Shown: positions 48,140-56,627 of the stretch, in pieces
Layout: every line of letters starts with the position of its first letter
How positions within the stretch are numbered: position 1 is the first letter of the stretch
Source of the DNA: Gemmatimonadaceae bacterium
Lineage (GTDB): Bacteria; Gemmatimonadota; Gemmatimonadetes; Gemmatimonadales; Gemmatimonadaceae
DNA: 64,000 bases
Assembly: GCA_031374935.1 (NCBI GenBank)
Contig: JANMHB010000183.1
Coordinates: 9,820-73,819, forward strand
Direction of reading: 5' to 3'
Notes under the pieces: model-generated
Seen by the model: the letters and a program-made list of their open reading frames with translations, nothing else
Database searches by the model: none
Told to the model about the DNA's origin: nothing
Translations under genes and position numbers: made by a program

Positions 48140-48946
48140 CTACTGTCCGATCAGCATGATCAGCCAGCCGGCAGTGCTGACGGCCATCGATGACAGTGCG
48201 ATCGTCCGATGACGATCACGGATCTCGCCATTCTCGCGCCCCTCGCGTCCGATCGAGCCGGCGTAGGCGAAACCGGCGTCGGCCGCGATGAAGAGCGCCG
48301 AGTGAATCCAGCGCCGGGCGCGGCCATTGGGATCCTTGCGCGACGCCCAGAGGTTCCAGACACCAGTGACCGTATTGACACCAAATACCGCGGCGGCGCC
48401 TCCTGCGGCCCACGGGTGCAGGCGACGGACGGCCTCCGGCGAACCGGCGCGACCGTCGCGAGCCAGTCGTTCACCGGTGTAGTACGACACCGCGAAGAGC
48501 GGAAGCATCGACCACGACAGCGCCTTGTGCAGCGTCACGCGACGGCCATACCACTCCGAGTACTCGACCAGCGCCGCCCGCTTCTTCTTCACGATGGTGT
48601 CAGGGCGAACCCATGTCAGTCGCGGACTGCCTGCGCTCGCAAATTCGGCTATGGAATCACGGACGGCCATCGCCAACGGCGCCATGGCCAGGCTGTCGAT
48701 CGATGACACACTCGGCATGGGCAACGAGTCCAGATCGACCGCCGGAAACCGCATCGTGGTGTCAGCCGAGACCAGCATCAGCGCGAGCATGCCTGCGATC
48801 ATGTCGAAGTCCGTGGGAAGTGTCCGAACGCATCCATCGTAGAATCCTGCATTACCACGTGTGCCATGTTCGCCTCTCTTTCGGGCCGATGCAAACGGCA
48901 GGCCATCCAGTACACTCCAGATGGATGTGACGTGTGAGCCGGGCAA
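48140..48946 (-). CDS. Hypothetical membrane protein with a His at the start of each of four TM segments (start uncertain; alternative ATG at 48802)
   Basis: LHKALSWSMLPLFAVSYY, LHPWAAGGAAAVFGVNTVTGVW, IHSALFIAADAGFAYAG, RHRTIALSSMAVSTAGWLIML. First gene of the Rieske cluster. Confidence 0.6.
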   Translation of the reverse strand: MPGSHVTSIWSVLDGLPFASARKRGEHGTRGNAGFYDGCVRTLPTDFDMIAGMLALMLVSADTTMRFPAVDLDSLPMPSVSSIDSLAMAPLAMAVRDSIAEFASAGSPRLTWVRPDTIVKKKRAALVEYSEWYGRRVTLHKALSWSMLPLFAVSYYTGERLARDGRAGSPEAVRRLHPWAAGGAAAVFGVNTVTGVWNLWASRKDPNGRARRWIHSALFIAADAGFAYAGSIGREGRENGEIRDRHRTIALSSMAVSTAGWLIMLIGQ

Positions 48947-49192
48947 TCGTCACGCCACGCCTTTGCCGAAAACACCGCGACGTCAACCTCGCTACGCAGA
49001 TCAGAGTCTCGGACCATGCAGTGGCAATGCACTGCCGGGAGCCACCTTCGATTGCGCGCCGTAGCCGGCCGTCTCCCAACCTTCCGCAGGCGAGGCGATG
49101 CACGACCTCCGGCAGACCGCTGTCGCGATAGCTGAGACGATGCAGACACGCGATCCGGGCAGCACCCTTGCTCAGTGCCGTGCGCGCACGAC

Positions 49193-50602
49193 TCAGGTCG
49201 TATCGTTCGCCCGCGCCGCATCCGGTTCACGCACGAACAACAGGCCGATCACACCACCGATCACACACACCGTGATCGGATAGACCAGACCGGCAAACGG
49301 GTTCTGGTACGCGGCCACCATCGAGGCGGCGATCAGCGGCGTAAAGCCACCGAACCAGCCGTTGCCGAGGTGATACGGCAGCGACATTGACGTGTACCGG
49401 ATGCGGGCGGGATAACTCTCGACCAGAAACGCAGCCATCGGACCATAGGACAGGGTGACGAGAAACACCTGTGCCGCCACCAACAGCGCGAGCACCAGAA
49501 TGTTCGGGTGCAGCGCAACAGCCGCTGCTCCTTCTCCAGTGACGGGTCCAGCCGCCCACATCATTCCCCGATAGATCGGATACAGCGTCAGCGCCGCCAG
49601 AAAGAGCCCGCCGATGATCATCCGCTTGCGACCGATCCGATCCGACACCGCACCACTGAGCAGGTAGAATGGCGTGCCGATCACAATGCCGAGCGCCACC
49701 GTCACGTACGACGTCGTGAGCGACAGCTTCAGCACTTTCTGAATGAAGAAGAGCGCGAAGAACTGCCCCGTGTAAAACACCACCGCCTGCCCCGCTACCA
49801 CACCAAAGAGCACCGACAGGAAGACCTTCCAGCGCTCAGCGGTGCCGAAGGCCTCTCGGATCGGCATTTTGCTGACCGTGCCTTCCGCCTTCATCTTCTG
49901 GAACACCGGCGACTCCTGCATCCGGCGGCGGATGTAGTACGACATCACCACCAGCAGGGCGGAGAGCAGGAACGGAATGCGCCAGCCCCACAGCTTGAAC
50001 GCCTCCTCGCCGGTGATCCAGCGCACGCCAAGGATCACGACCAGCGATACCAGCAGACCGAGTGTGGCGGTGGCCTGGATGAATGACGTGAAGTAACCGC
50101 GTCGATGCGCCGGGGCATGCTCGGCCACGTAGATCGCCGCGCCGCCGTACTCGCCGCCGAGCGCGAGCCCTTGCAGCAACCGCAGCACCACCAGCATCAG
50201 TGGTGCCGCGATCCCGATGCTGGCCACCGTCGGCAAGAGACCGATGGCGGCGGTGGCGAGTCCCATGATCAGCAGCGTCACCATGAAGGCGTACTTGCGG
50301 CCGACCATGTCGCCGATGCGCCCGAAGACCAGTGCACCGAGCGGTCGCACGGCGAAACCGGCGCCGAACGTCGCCAATGTGTTCAGGAACGCGGCCGTCT
50401 CACTCGAGGCCGGGAAGAACAAAGGCGCCAGAATCGGCGCCAGTGTTCCGAACACATAGAAGTCGTACCACTCGATGACCGTCCCGGCAGACGATGCCAG
50501 CACCACCTGCCGGATCGTCTTCACATCGACTTCACCTGATGCCGCACCGACGGCTGCGGTGGCCTGCTGCAATGACGGTGCGGCGATCAGTCCTTCGGGC
50601 AT
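49193..50602 (-). CDS. MFS transporter, metabolite:H+ symporter (MHS; ProP/KgtP-like) family
   Basis: 469 aa. SSAGTVIEWYDFYVFGTLAPILAPLFFP and RPLGALVFGRIGDMVGRKYAFMVTLLIMG are MHS-family hallmarks. 12 TM. Confidence 0.85.
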   Translation of the reverse strand: MPEGLIAAPSLQQATAAVGAASGEVDVKTIRQVVLASSAGTVIEWYDFYVFGTLAPILAPLFFPASSETAAFLNTLATFGAGFAVRPLGALVFGRIGDMVGRKYAFMVTLLIMGLATAAIGLLPTVASIGIAAPLMLVVLRLLQGLALGGEYGGAAIYVAEHAPAHRRGYFTSFIQATATLGLLVSLVVILGVRWITGEEAFKLWGWRIPFLLSALLVVMSYYIRRRMQESPVFQKMKAEGTVSKMPIREAFGTAERWKVFLSVLFGVVAGQAVVFYTGQFFALFFIQKVLKLSLTTSYVTVALGIVIGTPFYLLSGAVSDRIGRKRMIIGGLFLAALTLYPIYRGMMWAAGPVTGEGAAAVALHPNILVLALLVAAQVFLVTLSYGPMAAFLVESYPARIRYTSMSLPYHLGNGWFGGFTPLIAASMVAAYQNPFAGLVYPITVCVIGGVIGLLFVREPDAARANDTT

Positions 50603-50636
50603 TCAAGCTCCGTGCAGTGTGTGTGCGGTGGCCATT

Positions 50637-53600
50637 TCAGCGCGTGCGACGATCGTCGGCAGGCTCGTCGTCACCTGCTTCACCACCGAAGCCTGACACT
50701 CCGGTGATGCCACCAACTCGCTCGACACGCAAGACCTGCTTCTGCTTTTCGTCGCCGTAGGTGAAGGTGACGAGGTACTCACCGGTCTTCACCAACGGGC
50801 CGCCCGCCCCGCCGCGAGCCGCTCGGCCGAACGGCCCATCCTGCATGCCACGGAACGCACTGAAGATCGCCTGCATCGCGCCGGCATTTGGCGGGCCGCC
50901 GGCAGCAGGAGGGCCACCCGCCACTGGGGGAGCACCGGCTGGCGCAGCGCCCGCACCCGGACGACCCTGCCCCCCGCGTCCGCCACCGCCAGCCGCCCCT
51001 TCGCCCGGACGCTCGATCCAGGCCGGCAACCCAGCTGCCTGGTTCGCGCCGCCGCGACCACCCTGACCACCGAACTGTTCGATCAGTTCGGCGGCACGAC
51101 CGGTCATCATCGCGTTGCGAGCGAAGCGGACCATGTTGCTGTCCATGCCGGACGCCTGCAGTGAGTCGAAGATCTGGCTCATGCGCACGATCGACTTCAC
51201 GCTGTCGCGACGTTCTGCCGGCGACAGCGGCTTGGCCGCCGGCGCCTTGCCACGCATGTCCCACATCACGCGATGCACACCAACCGTGCCGGGCCCGTTC
51301 AGCGTCCGCATGGTGTCACCAGCAGCGTCGGTGATCACGATCTGCACACGCTTGCCGGCCTGAACCTCGGCCAGCCGATACGTGATCTCGGCACCATAGG
51401 CTGGCGAGTTCACCGCGAAGCGCTTGTGCCCATTTCCGCCACCCGCGCTACCCGCCGCGTCCGGCGCCTGCCCCATCGCGATGGCCGACTTCGGCGCGAA
51501 CAGGTGCACCTTCTTCGCAATCACCGACGGAGACATCTGCTGCAGCGCGGCAATATCCACCACGTAGATGGCGCGACCATGCGTGCCAGCGATCAGTTCG
51601 TGATCACGCGGGTGAATCTGCAGATCATGCACGGGCACCGTCGGCAGGCCGGTCATGAACTTCTGCCAGCTATGCCCGCGATTCATCGACATGAATGCAC
51701 CGACATCGGTGCCGACGAACAGCAGGTCGGCATTGACCAGGTCCTCGCGAATCACGTGCACGAAGTCCGGCCCACCGGTTGGCAGCGTCGCGGCGAGACT
51801 GGCAAAGGTCGCGCCGTAGTCGCGCGTGGCGTACACGTAGGGCGTGAAGTCGCCGCGCCGATGATTGTCGAAGGTGATGTAGAACGTCGCCGTATCGTGA
51901 TGCGACGGCTCGATGCGGCTGACGTAGGTGCCTTCCGGCAGCCCAGTGAAGCGACCGGTGAGCTTCTCCCACGTGGTGCCGTCGTTGCGCGACAGCCAGA
52001 CCTGCCCGTCGTCGGTGCCGGCGTAGAGCAGCCCCGGACGCACGAACGACTCGGCCAGCGACGTGATCGTCCCGAACGTCTCGGCTCCGGTCGCGTCCAC
52101 CGTGATACCGCCGGTGGTCTTGGTGCTGATGCGAATCTTCATCGTGTCACGCAGCGACAGATCGGGGCTGATCACCATCAGGTCATCACCGCGCCTGGTC
52201 GACTTCACCACCCGATTCGCGCCGGCGTAGAACACGGACGGATTGTGCGGCGACAGGAAGAACGGCGTGTTCCAGTTCCAGCGCATGTCGAGTGCGGTGG
52301 AATCGGCCAGCTGCTGCGCGCGCAGCGCAGCGATGCGGCGCCGCTGGGCCGGCGTCTCGGGCTTCGTCGTGTCGCCACGCTCGACCAGGATCGAGTCCTC
52401 GATCTGCATGTACCGCGGACGCCAGCTCGGCTTGCCGAGACTGGTGCGTTCGCCGGTGGCCATGTTGAGGCGCCCCATGCTGCCGCCCTGGCTTTCGCTG
52501 TAGACGATGTTCGGGTCGGTCGGATCATTGGCCGTCACGAACCCGTCGCCGCCACTGATGTAGACCCAGTCCTCATTGCCGATCTGCCCACGCACGCGCC
52601 GGCTCGGGCCACACCAGGAACCGTTGTCCTGCAGCCCGCCACAGATGCGGTACGGCATCTGCATGTCGAAGCTCACGGCATAGAACTGGCCGATGTTGAT
52701 CATGTTCATCACATCGTAGCTGCCACCGCGATCCCAGGACTGCGACACTCCCCCGTCATTGCCGACGATGATGTGCTCGGGGTCATTCGGGTCGATCCAC
52801 ATCGCGTGGTGATCGACATGGATGCCGACGGTGGCGTCACGGGCGGTCTTGCCGCCGTCATCCGAGACCTTCACCGGCGTCGACGACCAGTAGACGCGAT
52901 CGGCGTTCTTCGGATCGACGCGCACCTGCGAGTAGTAGAACGGGCGTACGTTGTCGTTGTTCGTGCGTGCCCACGTCGTACCGCCATCTTCACTGCGATA
53001 GAGGCCGCTCAGTTTCGTCTGCGGCTTCCTGGTCGCATCCTTGACGGCATTCGGCAGCGTGTCGGCTTCCACCATCGTGTACATCATGCGCGGATTGGAG
53101 CGCGCAATCGCGATCTCGATGCGGCCGAGGTTCGAGGCCGGGAACCCGCCGCCGCTCACCTTGGTGAACGTGGCACCGGCGTCGGTCGACTTCCAGAGTG
53201 CACTGCCCGGACCACCGCTCTGCAGGAAGTACGGGCCGCGCATGCGCTCGTAGCTCGATGCCCAGACGATGTCGGGGTTGGTGGGATCGAGCTGCACGTC
53301 GATGAAACCGGCACGCTCACTGATGAACTTGATCACCGACCAGGTCTTGCCGCCGTCGGTCGTCTTGTAGAGCCCGCGCGCCTTGCTCGCCTTCCAGGCC
53401 GAACCCAGCACGGCCATGTAGACCGTGTTCGGATCACGCGGATGTACCTGCAGCCGACCGATGTGCTCCGTCTCGGCCAGGCCAAGCGAGGCCCAGGTCT
53501 TGCCACCGTCGGTGCTCTTGAACACACCGCAGCCCGGCGAGATGGAGTTGCGCGAGTTCTGCTCGCCGGTGCCGACGTAGACGGTGTTGGTATCGGACGG

Positions 53601-53906
53601 TGCGATGGCGATGTCACCCATCGACATGCAGCGCTGATTCTCGAAGATCGGCTTGAACGTGGTGCCGGCATTGGTGCTCTTCCAGATGCCGCCACCCGCC
53701 GCCGCGACGTAGAACGTCTTGGACGGTGACGGAATGCCTTCGACATCGGCGATGCGACCGCCCATGTTGGCGGGGCCAACGGCGCGCCAGCGCATCGCCG
53801 CCATGGTGACGGAATCGAGTGCACCGGAGGCCGGCGCCGGAGTCTGCGCGCCGAGCGCGGTCCCGACGGCAGTGAGCAGCAGGCAGAGACGAACAACAAA
53901 TCGCAT
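50637..53906 (-). CDS. Sortilin/VPS10-like BNR (Asp-box) repeat protein, exported (paralog 2) with a Gly/Ala/Pro-rich C-terminal region
   Basis: Track ORF trimmed to ATG at 53906 (MRFVVRLCLLLTAVGTALGAQT). Asp-boxes KSTNAGTTF, KSTDGGKTW, KTTDGGKTW, KSTDAGATF, RSEDGGTTW, VSDDGGKTA, SRNDGTTW. The N-terminal 200 aa are roughly 45% identical by eye to the 22352-25504 product. Confidence 0.85.
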   Translation of the reverse strand: MRFVVRLCLLLTAVGTALGAQTPAPASGALDSVTMAAMRWRAVGPANMGGRIADVEGIPSPSKTFYVAAAGGGIWKSTNAGTTFKPIFENQRCMSMGDIAIAPSDTNTVYVGTGEQNSRNSISPGCGVFKSTDGGKTWASLGLAETEHIGRLQVHPRDPNTVYMAVLGSAWKASKARGLYKTTDGGKTWSVIKFISERAGFIDVQLDPTNPDIVWASSYERMRGPYFLQSGGPGSALWKSTDAGATFTKVSGGGFPASNLGRIEIAIARSNPRMMYTMVEADTLPNAVKDATRKPQTKLSGLYRSEDGGTTWARTNNDNVRPFYYSQVRVDPKNADRVYWSSTPVKVSDDGGKTARDATVGIHVDHHAMWIDPNDPEHIIVGNDGGVSQSWDRGGSYDVMNMINIGQFYAVSFDMQMPYRICGGLQDNGSWCGPSRRVRGQIGNEDWVYISGGDGFVTANDPTDPNIVYSESQGGSMGRLNMATGERTSLGKPSWRPRYMQIEDSILVERGDTTKPETPAQRRRIAALRAQQLADSTALDMRWNWNTPFFLSPHNPSVFYAGANRVVKSTRRGDDLMVISPDLSLRDTMKIRISTKTTGGITVDATGAETFGTITSLAESFVRPGLLYAGTDDGQVWLSRNDGTTWEKLTGRFTGLPEGTYVSRIEPSHHDTATFYITFDNHRRGDFTPYVYATRDYGATFASLAATLPTGGPDFVHVIREDLVNADLLFVGTDVGAFMSMNRGHSWQKFMTGLPTVPVHDLQIHPRDHELIAGTHGRAIYVVDIAALQQMSPSVIAKKVHLFAPKSAIAMGQAPDAAGSAGGGNGHKRFAVNSPAYGAEITYRLAEVQAGKRVQIVITDAAGDTMRTLNGPGTVGVHRVMWDMRGKAPAAKPLSPAERRDSVKSIVRMSQIFDSLQASGMDSNMVRFARNAMMTGRAAELIEQFGGQGGRGGANQAAGLPAWIERPGEGAAGGGGRGGQGRPGAGAAPAGAPPVAGGPPAAGGPPNAGAMQAIFSAFRGMQDGPFGRAARGGAGGPLVKTGEYLVTFTYGDEKQKQVLRVERVGGITGVSGFGGEAGDDEPADDRRTR

Positions 53907-53936
53907 GACGAATCCCAGGTGGTGTGACAGTCTGCG

Positions 53937-53961
53937 GCCGCCCCCAAGGCCCGGGGGCGGC
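53937..53961 (-). terminator. GC hairpin downstream of the DsbD-N-like gene (no U-tract)
   Basis: GCCGCCCCC-aaggccc-GGGGGCGGC, a 9-bp perfect stem, 57 nt past the stop at 54018. Confidence 0.35.
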
Positions 53962-54017
53962 ACAACACAAGGATACGCGTTCGATGCCGTCAGGGTTGGC
54001 GGCGGTGCTGTGCGCCG

Positions 54018-54848
54018 CTACCTGGCGCTGCAGCGCGGTGCCTGGCGCTTGAAATCGAGCACCGCCGCGACGCCGGACGTTCCGCTGACGAACAGCACAC
54101 GTGTGCCCTGCCGCAGCTCCGCCGTCGCCGGGATAGTCGCCAGAGCGTGGTTTGCTCCCCGCCCGGGGCCGGCGGTGAGTCGGAGAGCGGCATCCAGCCC
54201 CAGGCCGGAGTCGGCGACCACCTCGGGCAGGCGCAGGCCAGACCGGAGTGGGATCTGCTCGAGACAGAGCTGGGTGGGAGACCGTCGACGCGCGGCGATG
54301 GTGCCGCCCGCCGCGGCCAGTCGCGCCCGCAGTGCTGTCGGCACCACCACACGGCGGGCGTCGGTACGCGCCTTCAATGCGCCCTGCACCGTGAGCTGCT
54401 CCGGAATACACACCTCGCGACAGATGCCGTACTTCAGCGTCAGCCCGATCAGTCGATCAACGCTGCTCGCGCTGTCGACGCGGAACGCGACGATCCACGG
54501 CACCTCACCCTCGAGCGTGTGCGTGTCGCCCACCGGCGTGTGGGTGATCACTGGCACCGGCCACCGTTCGTCGATGACGCGTACACCAACCGGCAGGCTC
54601 CAGCTCAGGCGAGTCGGCAACCCGGTCTCACCCGGATTGCGCCACGACACATGCCAGCCCGGGTCCACCTGCAGCGTGACGAGAACACGCGCGCGGTTGC
54701 CGCGCACGTCGATCGGATCGATGCTGGCGCGGGCGTGCTTCACGCCGTTCCCGATGAGCGGGCGAGGCTGCGCCGCCAGCGAGCCGACGGCGATGACCAG
54801 CGCCGCCGCCACCACGCGCCACGGGCCCGCCTGCTTCAGTCTCGACAT
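54018..54848 (-). CDS. Exported protein with a DsbD N-terminal (DsbC/DsbD_N) like thiol-disulfide domain
   Basis: 276 aa. Signal peptide ...ALVIAVGSLAAQP. LVTLQVDPGWHVSWRNPGETGLPT and LTLKYGICREVCIP match the DsbD_N family Cys pair context. Confidence 0.7.
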   Translation of the reverse strand: MSRLKQAGPWRVVAAALVIAVGSLAAQPRPLIGNGVKHARASIDPIDVRGNRARVLVTLQVDPGWHVSWRNPGETGLPTRLSWSLPVGVRVIDERWPVPVITHTPVGDTHTLEGEVPWIVAFRVDSASSVDRLIGLTLKYGICREVCIPEQLTVQGALKARTDARRVVVPTALRARLAAAGGTIAARRRSPTQLCLEQIPLRSGLRLPEVVADSGLGLDAALRLTAGPGRGANHALATIPATAELRQGTRVLFVSGTSGVAAVLDFKRQAPRCSAR

Positions 54849-54855
54849 TTCGGCA

Positions 54856-56526
54856 TCACCTCAACGCTTGCGCCACGAGTGCGGCGAATTCTTCTGACGC
54901 CAGTTTCGGTGCCAGCGCCAGAATGCGACCGTCCCTGGCCACCAGGATGGTCGTCGGCAGCCAGGTCACCTCGAACCCCGCCATCGGTCCTTCACCGTCC
55001 GGCCAGACGCCGGCCCAGCCATGTGTCCACGGCATCGGCTCACGTACCCGCCGGAACCGGTCGGCAGTTCCCATCTCCTCATCGACCGACAGCGAGAGCA
55101 GCGTCAACCCAGTGGCGCCGAAGCGGTCATGCAGTGCGCGCAGCGCCGGCAGTTCCACGATGCAGTCGCGGCACCAGGTGGCCCAGACATCGAGCAGGTA
55201 GACCTTGCCGCGCAGCGAGACGTCGCTGATGACGACCGTCGTGTCGTCCATCGACGGCACACGAAAGGGCGGCACCATCATGCCGGGCTGCAGAACGCGG
55301 TTGTAGCCGGTGAGCTTGAGCAGCGGCAGCAGCCGCGGATGATCGTGCGATTCAGCGACGAATCGCGCGGTGTAGCTCTGCGCGCTCACGGTGTCGGCGG
55401 GCATGAAGGTCTCGGCCGCCGCAACGTAGAGATCGAACCGCTCGCCCGTATCGGACACCGCTGCCAGGCTGGCGTCGAAACGTTCCTTCACCATGGCCAC
55501 CGCCGCGGGCGTGTTGAAGCGCGTCTGACCGGTGACCTGTCGCGCGGCCAGCAGCAGCACGCGACGGCGCATGACGTCATCCAGCTGCCAGAGCGGTGAT
55601 CGCGGCGTGAACTGTTCCACGACGCGTGCACCGAGCGCCGGATGCACCTGACAGTCGGCGTCCGCGCGCAGGAAGCGATGCACCAGCCGGAGGCGTTCCG
55701 TGAGAGAGGTATCGGGCAGCACGGCGTCAGACGGGTTGCTTGGCGGCGCCTGCGCCGCGAGGATGCAGCGTTTCCGCGACGGCAACGCGAAGATCGAATC
55801 CAGCTGCGCGATGATCGGTGCCAGCGCGTGTGTGCCGACGACACGAAACGACGAGTTGCCGCCGACGGCCACCAGGCTCGAGTCGTACACCAGACGCACG
55901 TCCTGCCCGGGCCTGCCGATCAGGAGCCCATCGTACTCGCCATCAGGCGCCCAGCGATAACTGGTCGCGCCAGCCGGTGGCAGGTAGATGCGCGATGTGA
56001 TGTCCACCACGCGATACGCGACCGTGTCGCGACGGGCGCGCAGCGTCCCGGCACGACGACCGTCAGCCGACGGCGTCAGCAAGACGGCCGGTGGCATGTC
56101 GGGCCGCGGCTTCTCGGCATCGGCGTCGCTGGCCACGCCGACGAGCGGACCTTTGGCAAGACCGGTCGGCAGGCCTGCCAGGGTGATGGCCACGGTCACC
56201 GACGTGGGCGCCGTCGATGGCACGGCACGCTCGAAGCCGACGTACCCGACGCCACCGGCGCGCAGGCGGAACGGTCCGCCGCCGGCGATCGCCACGCGAA
56301 ACGCACCCGACGCGTCGACCCGGGCACGGACAGCGCGCGACTCGGCACGCATCGGCAGCAGCTCGACATCGGCGCGCACCGGGCGTCGGCCGTCGAAGCC
56401 GGTGAGTGTGCCGCTGATGATGGTGGAATCGGCCTGCGACGCGGCTGCCAGGTTGCGCGGAGCGCCGACACCGACGCCCAGCAGCGTCACACCCAGCAGT
56501 ACGCGTGTGGAATTCGACAGGATCAT
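54856..56526 (-). CDS. TlpA-like thioredoxin-fold protein with an N-terminal CarboxypepD_reg-like domain and an unknown middle region
   Basis: Track ORF 54856-57210 trimmed to ATG at 56526 (MILSNSTRVLLGVTLLGVGVGAP...). N-terminal ISGTLTGFDGRRPVRADVELL. C-terminal VYLLDVWATWCRDCIVELPAL (WCxxC), TWLPTTILVARDGRI. Confidence 0.75.
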   Translation of the reverse strand: MILSNSTRVLLGVTLLGVGVGAPRNLAAASQADSTIISGTLTGFDGRRPVRADVELLPMRAESRAVRARVDASGAFRVAIAGGGPFRLRAGGVGYVGFERAVPSTAPTSVTVAITLAGLPTGLAKGPLVGVASDADAEKPRPDMPPAVLLTPSADGRRAGTLRARRDTVAYRVVDITSRIYLPPAGATSYRWAPDGEYDGLLIGRPGQDVRLVYDSSLVAVGGNSSFRVVGTHALAPIIAQLDSIFALPSRKRCILAAQAPPSNPSDAVLPDTSLTERLRLVHRFLRADADCQVHPALGARVVEQFTPRSPLWQLDDVMRRRVLLLAARQVTGQTRFNTPAAVAMVKERFDASLAAVSDTGERFDLYVAAAETFMPADTVSAQSYTARFVAESHDHPRLLPLLKLTGYNRVLQPGMMVPPFRVPSMDDTTVVISDVSLRGKVYLLDVWATWCRDCIVELPALRALHDRFGATGLTLLSLSVDEEMGTADRFRRVREPMPWTHGWAGVWPDGEGPMAGFEVTWLPTTILVARDGRILALAPKLASEEFAALVAQALR

Positions 56527-56570
56527 TGCGGGGAATCTATCGGCGAAACCACATGGGACAGGGCCACAAG

Positions 56571-56608
56571 CACGAAGGGCCGCCCGCACCGGCGGACGGC
56601 CCTTCGTG
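56571..56608 (-). terminator. Strong hairpin between the DUF4397 and TlpA-like genes
   Basis: CACGAAGGGCCG-c-CCGC-accg-GCGG-a-CGGCCCTTCGTG: a 12-bp perfect outer stem plus a 4-bp inner stem. On the - strand it is followed by CUUGUGG (weak U-tract). Confidence 0.4.
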
Positions 56609-56627
56609 GTACACCGCTGCCGGCTGC

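Noticed and set aside
49179-49190. 12-nt perfect palindrome CGTGCGCGCACG at the 3' end of the MFS gene
   Set aside because: Short GC palindromes are expected by chance at this GC content. It cannot form a hairpin with a viable loop and has no second copy nearby.
51273-53729. 818-aa + strand ORF (and the similar 24281-25495 and 58771-60042 + ORFs)
   Set aside because: They are antisense shadows of the two sortilin-like genes and of susC. No motifs, extreme Arg/His content.
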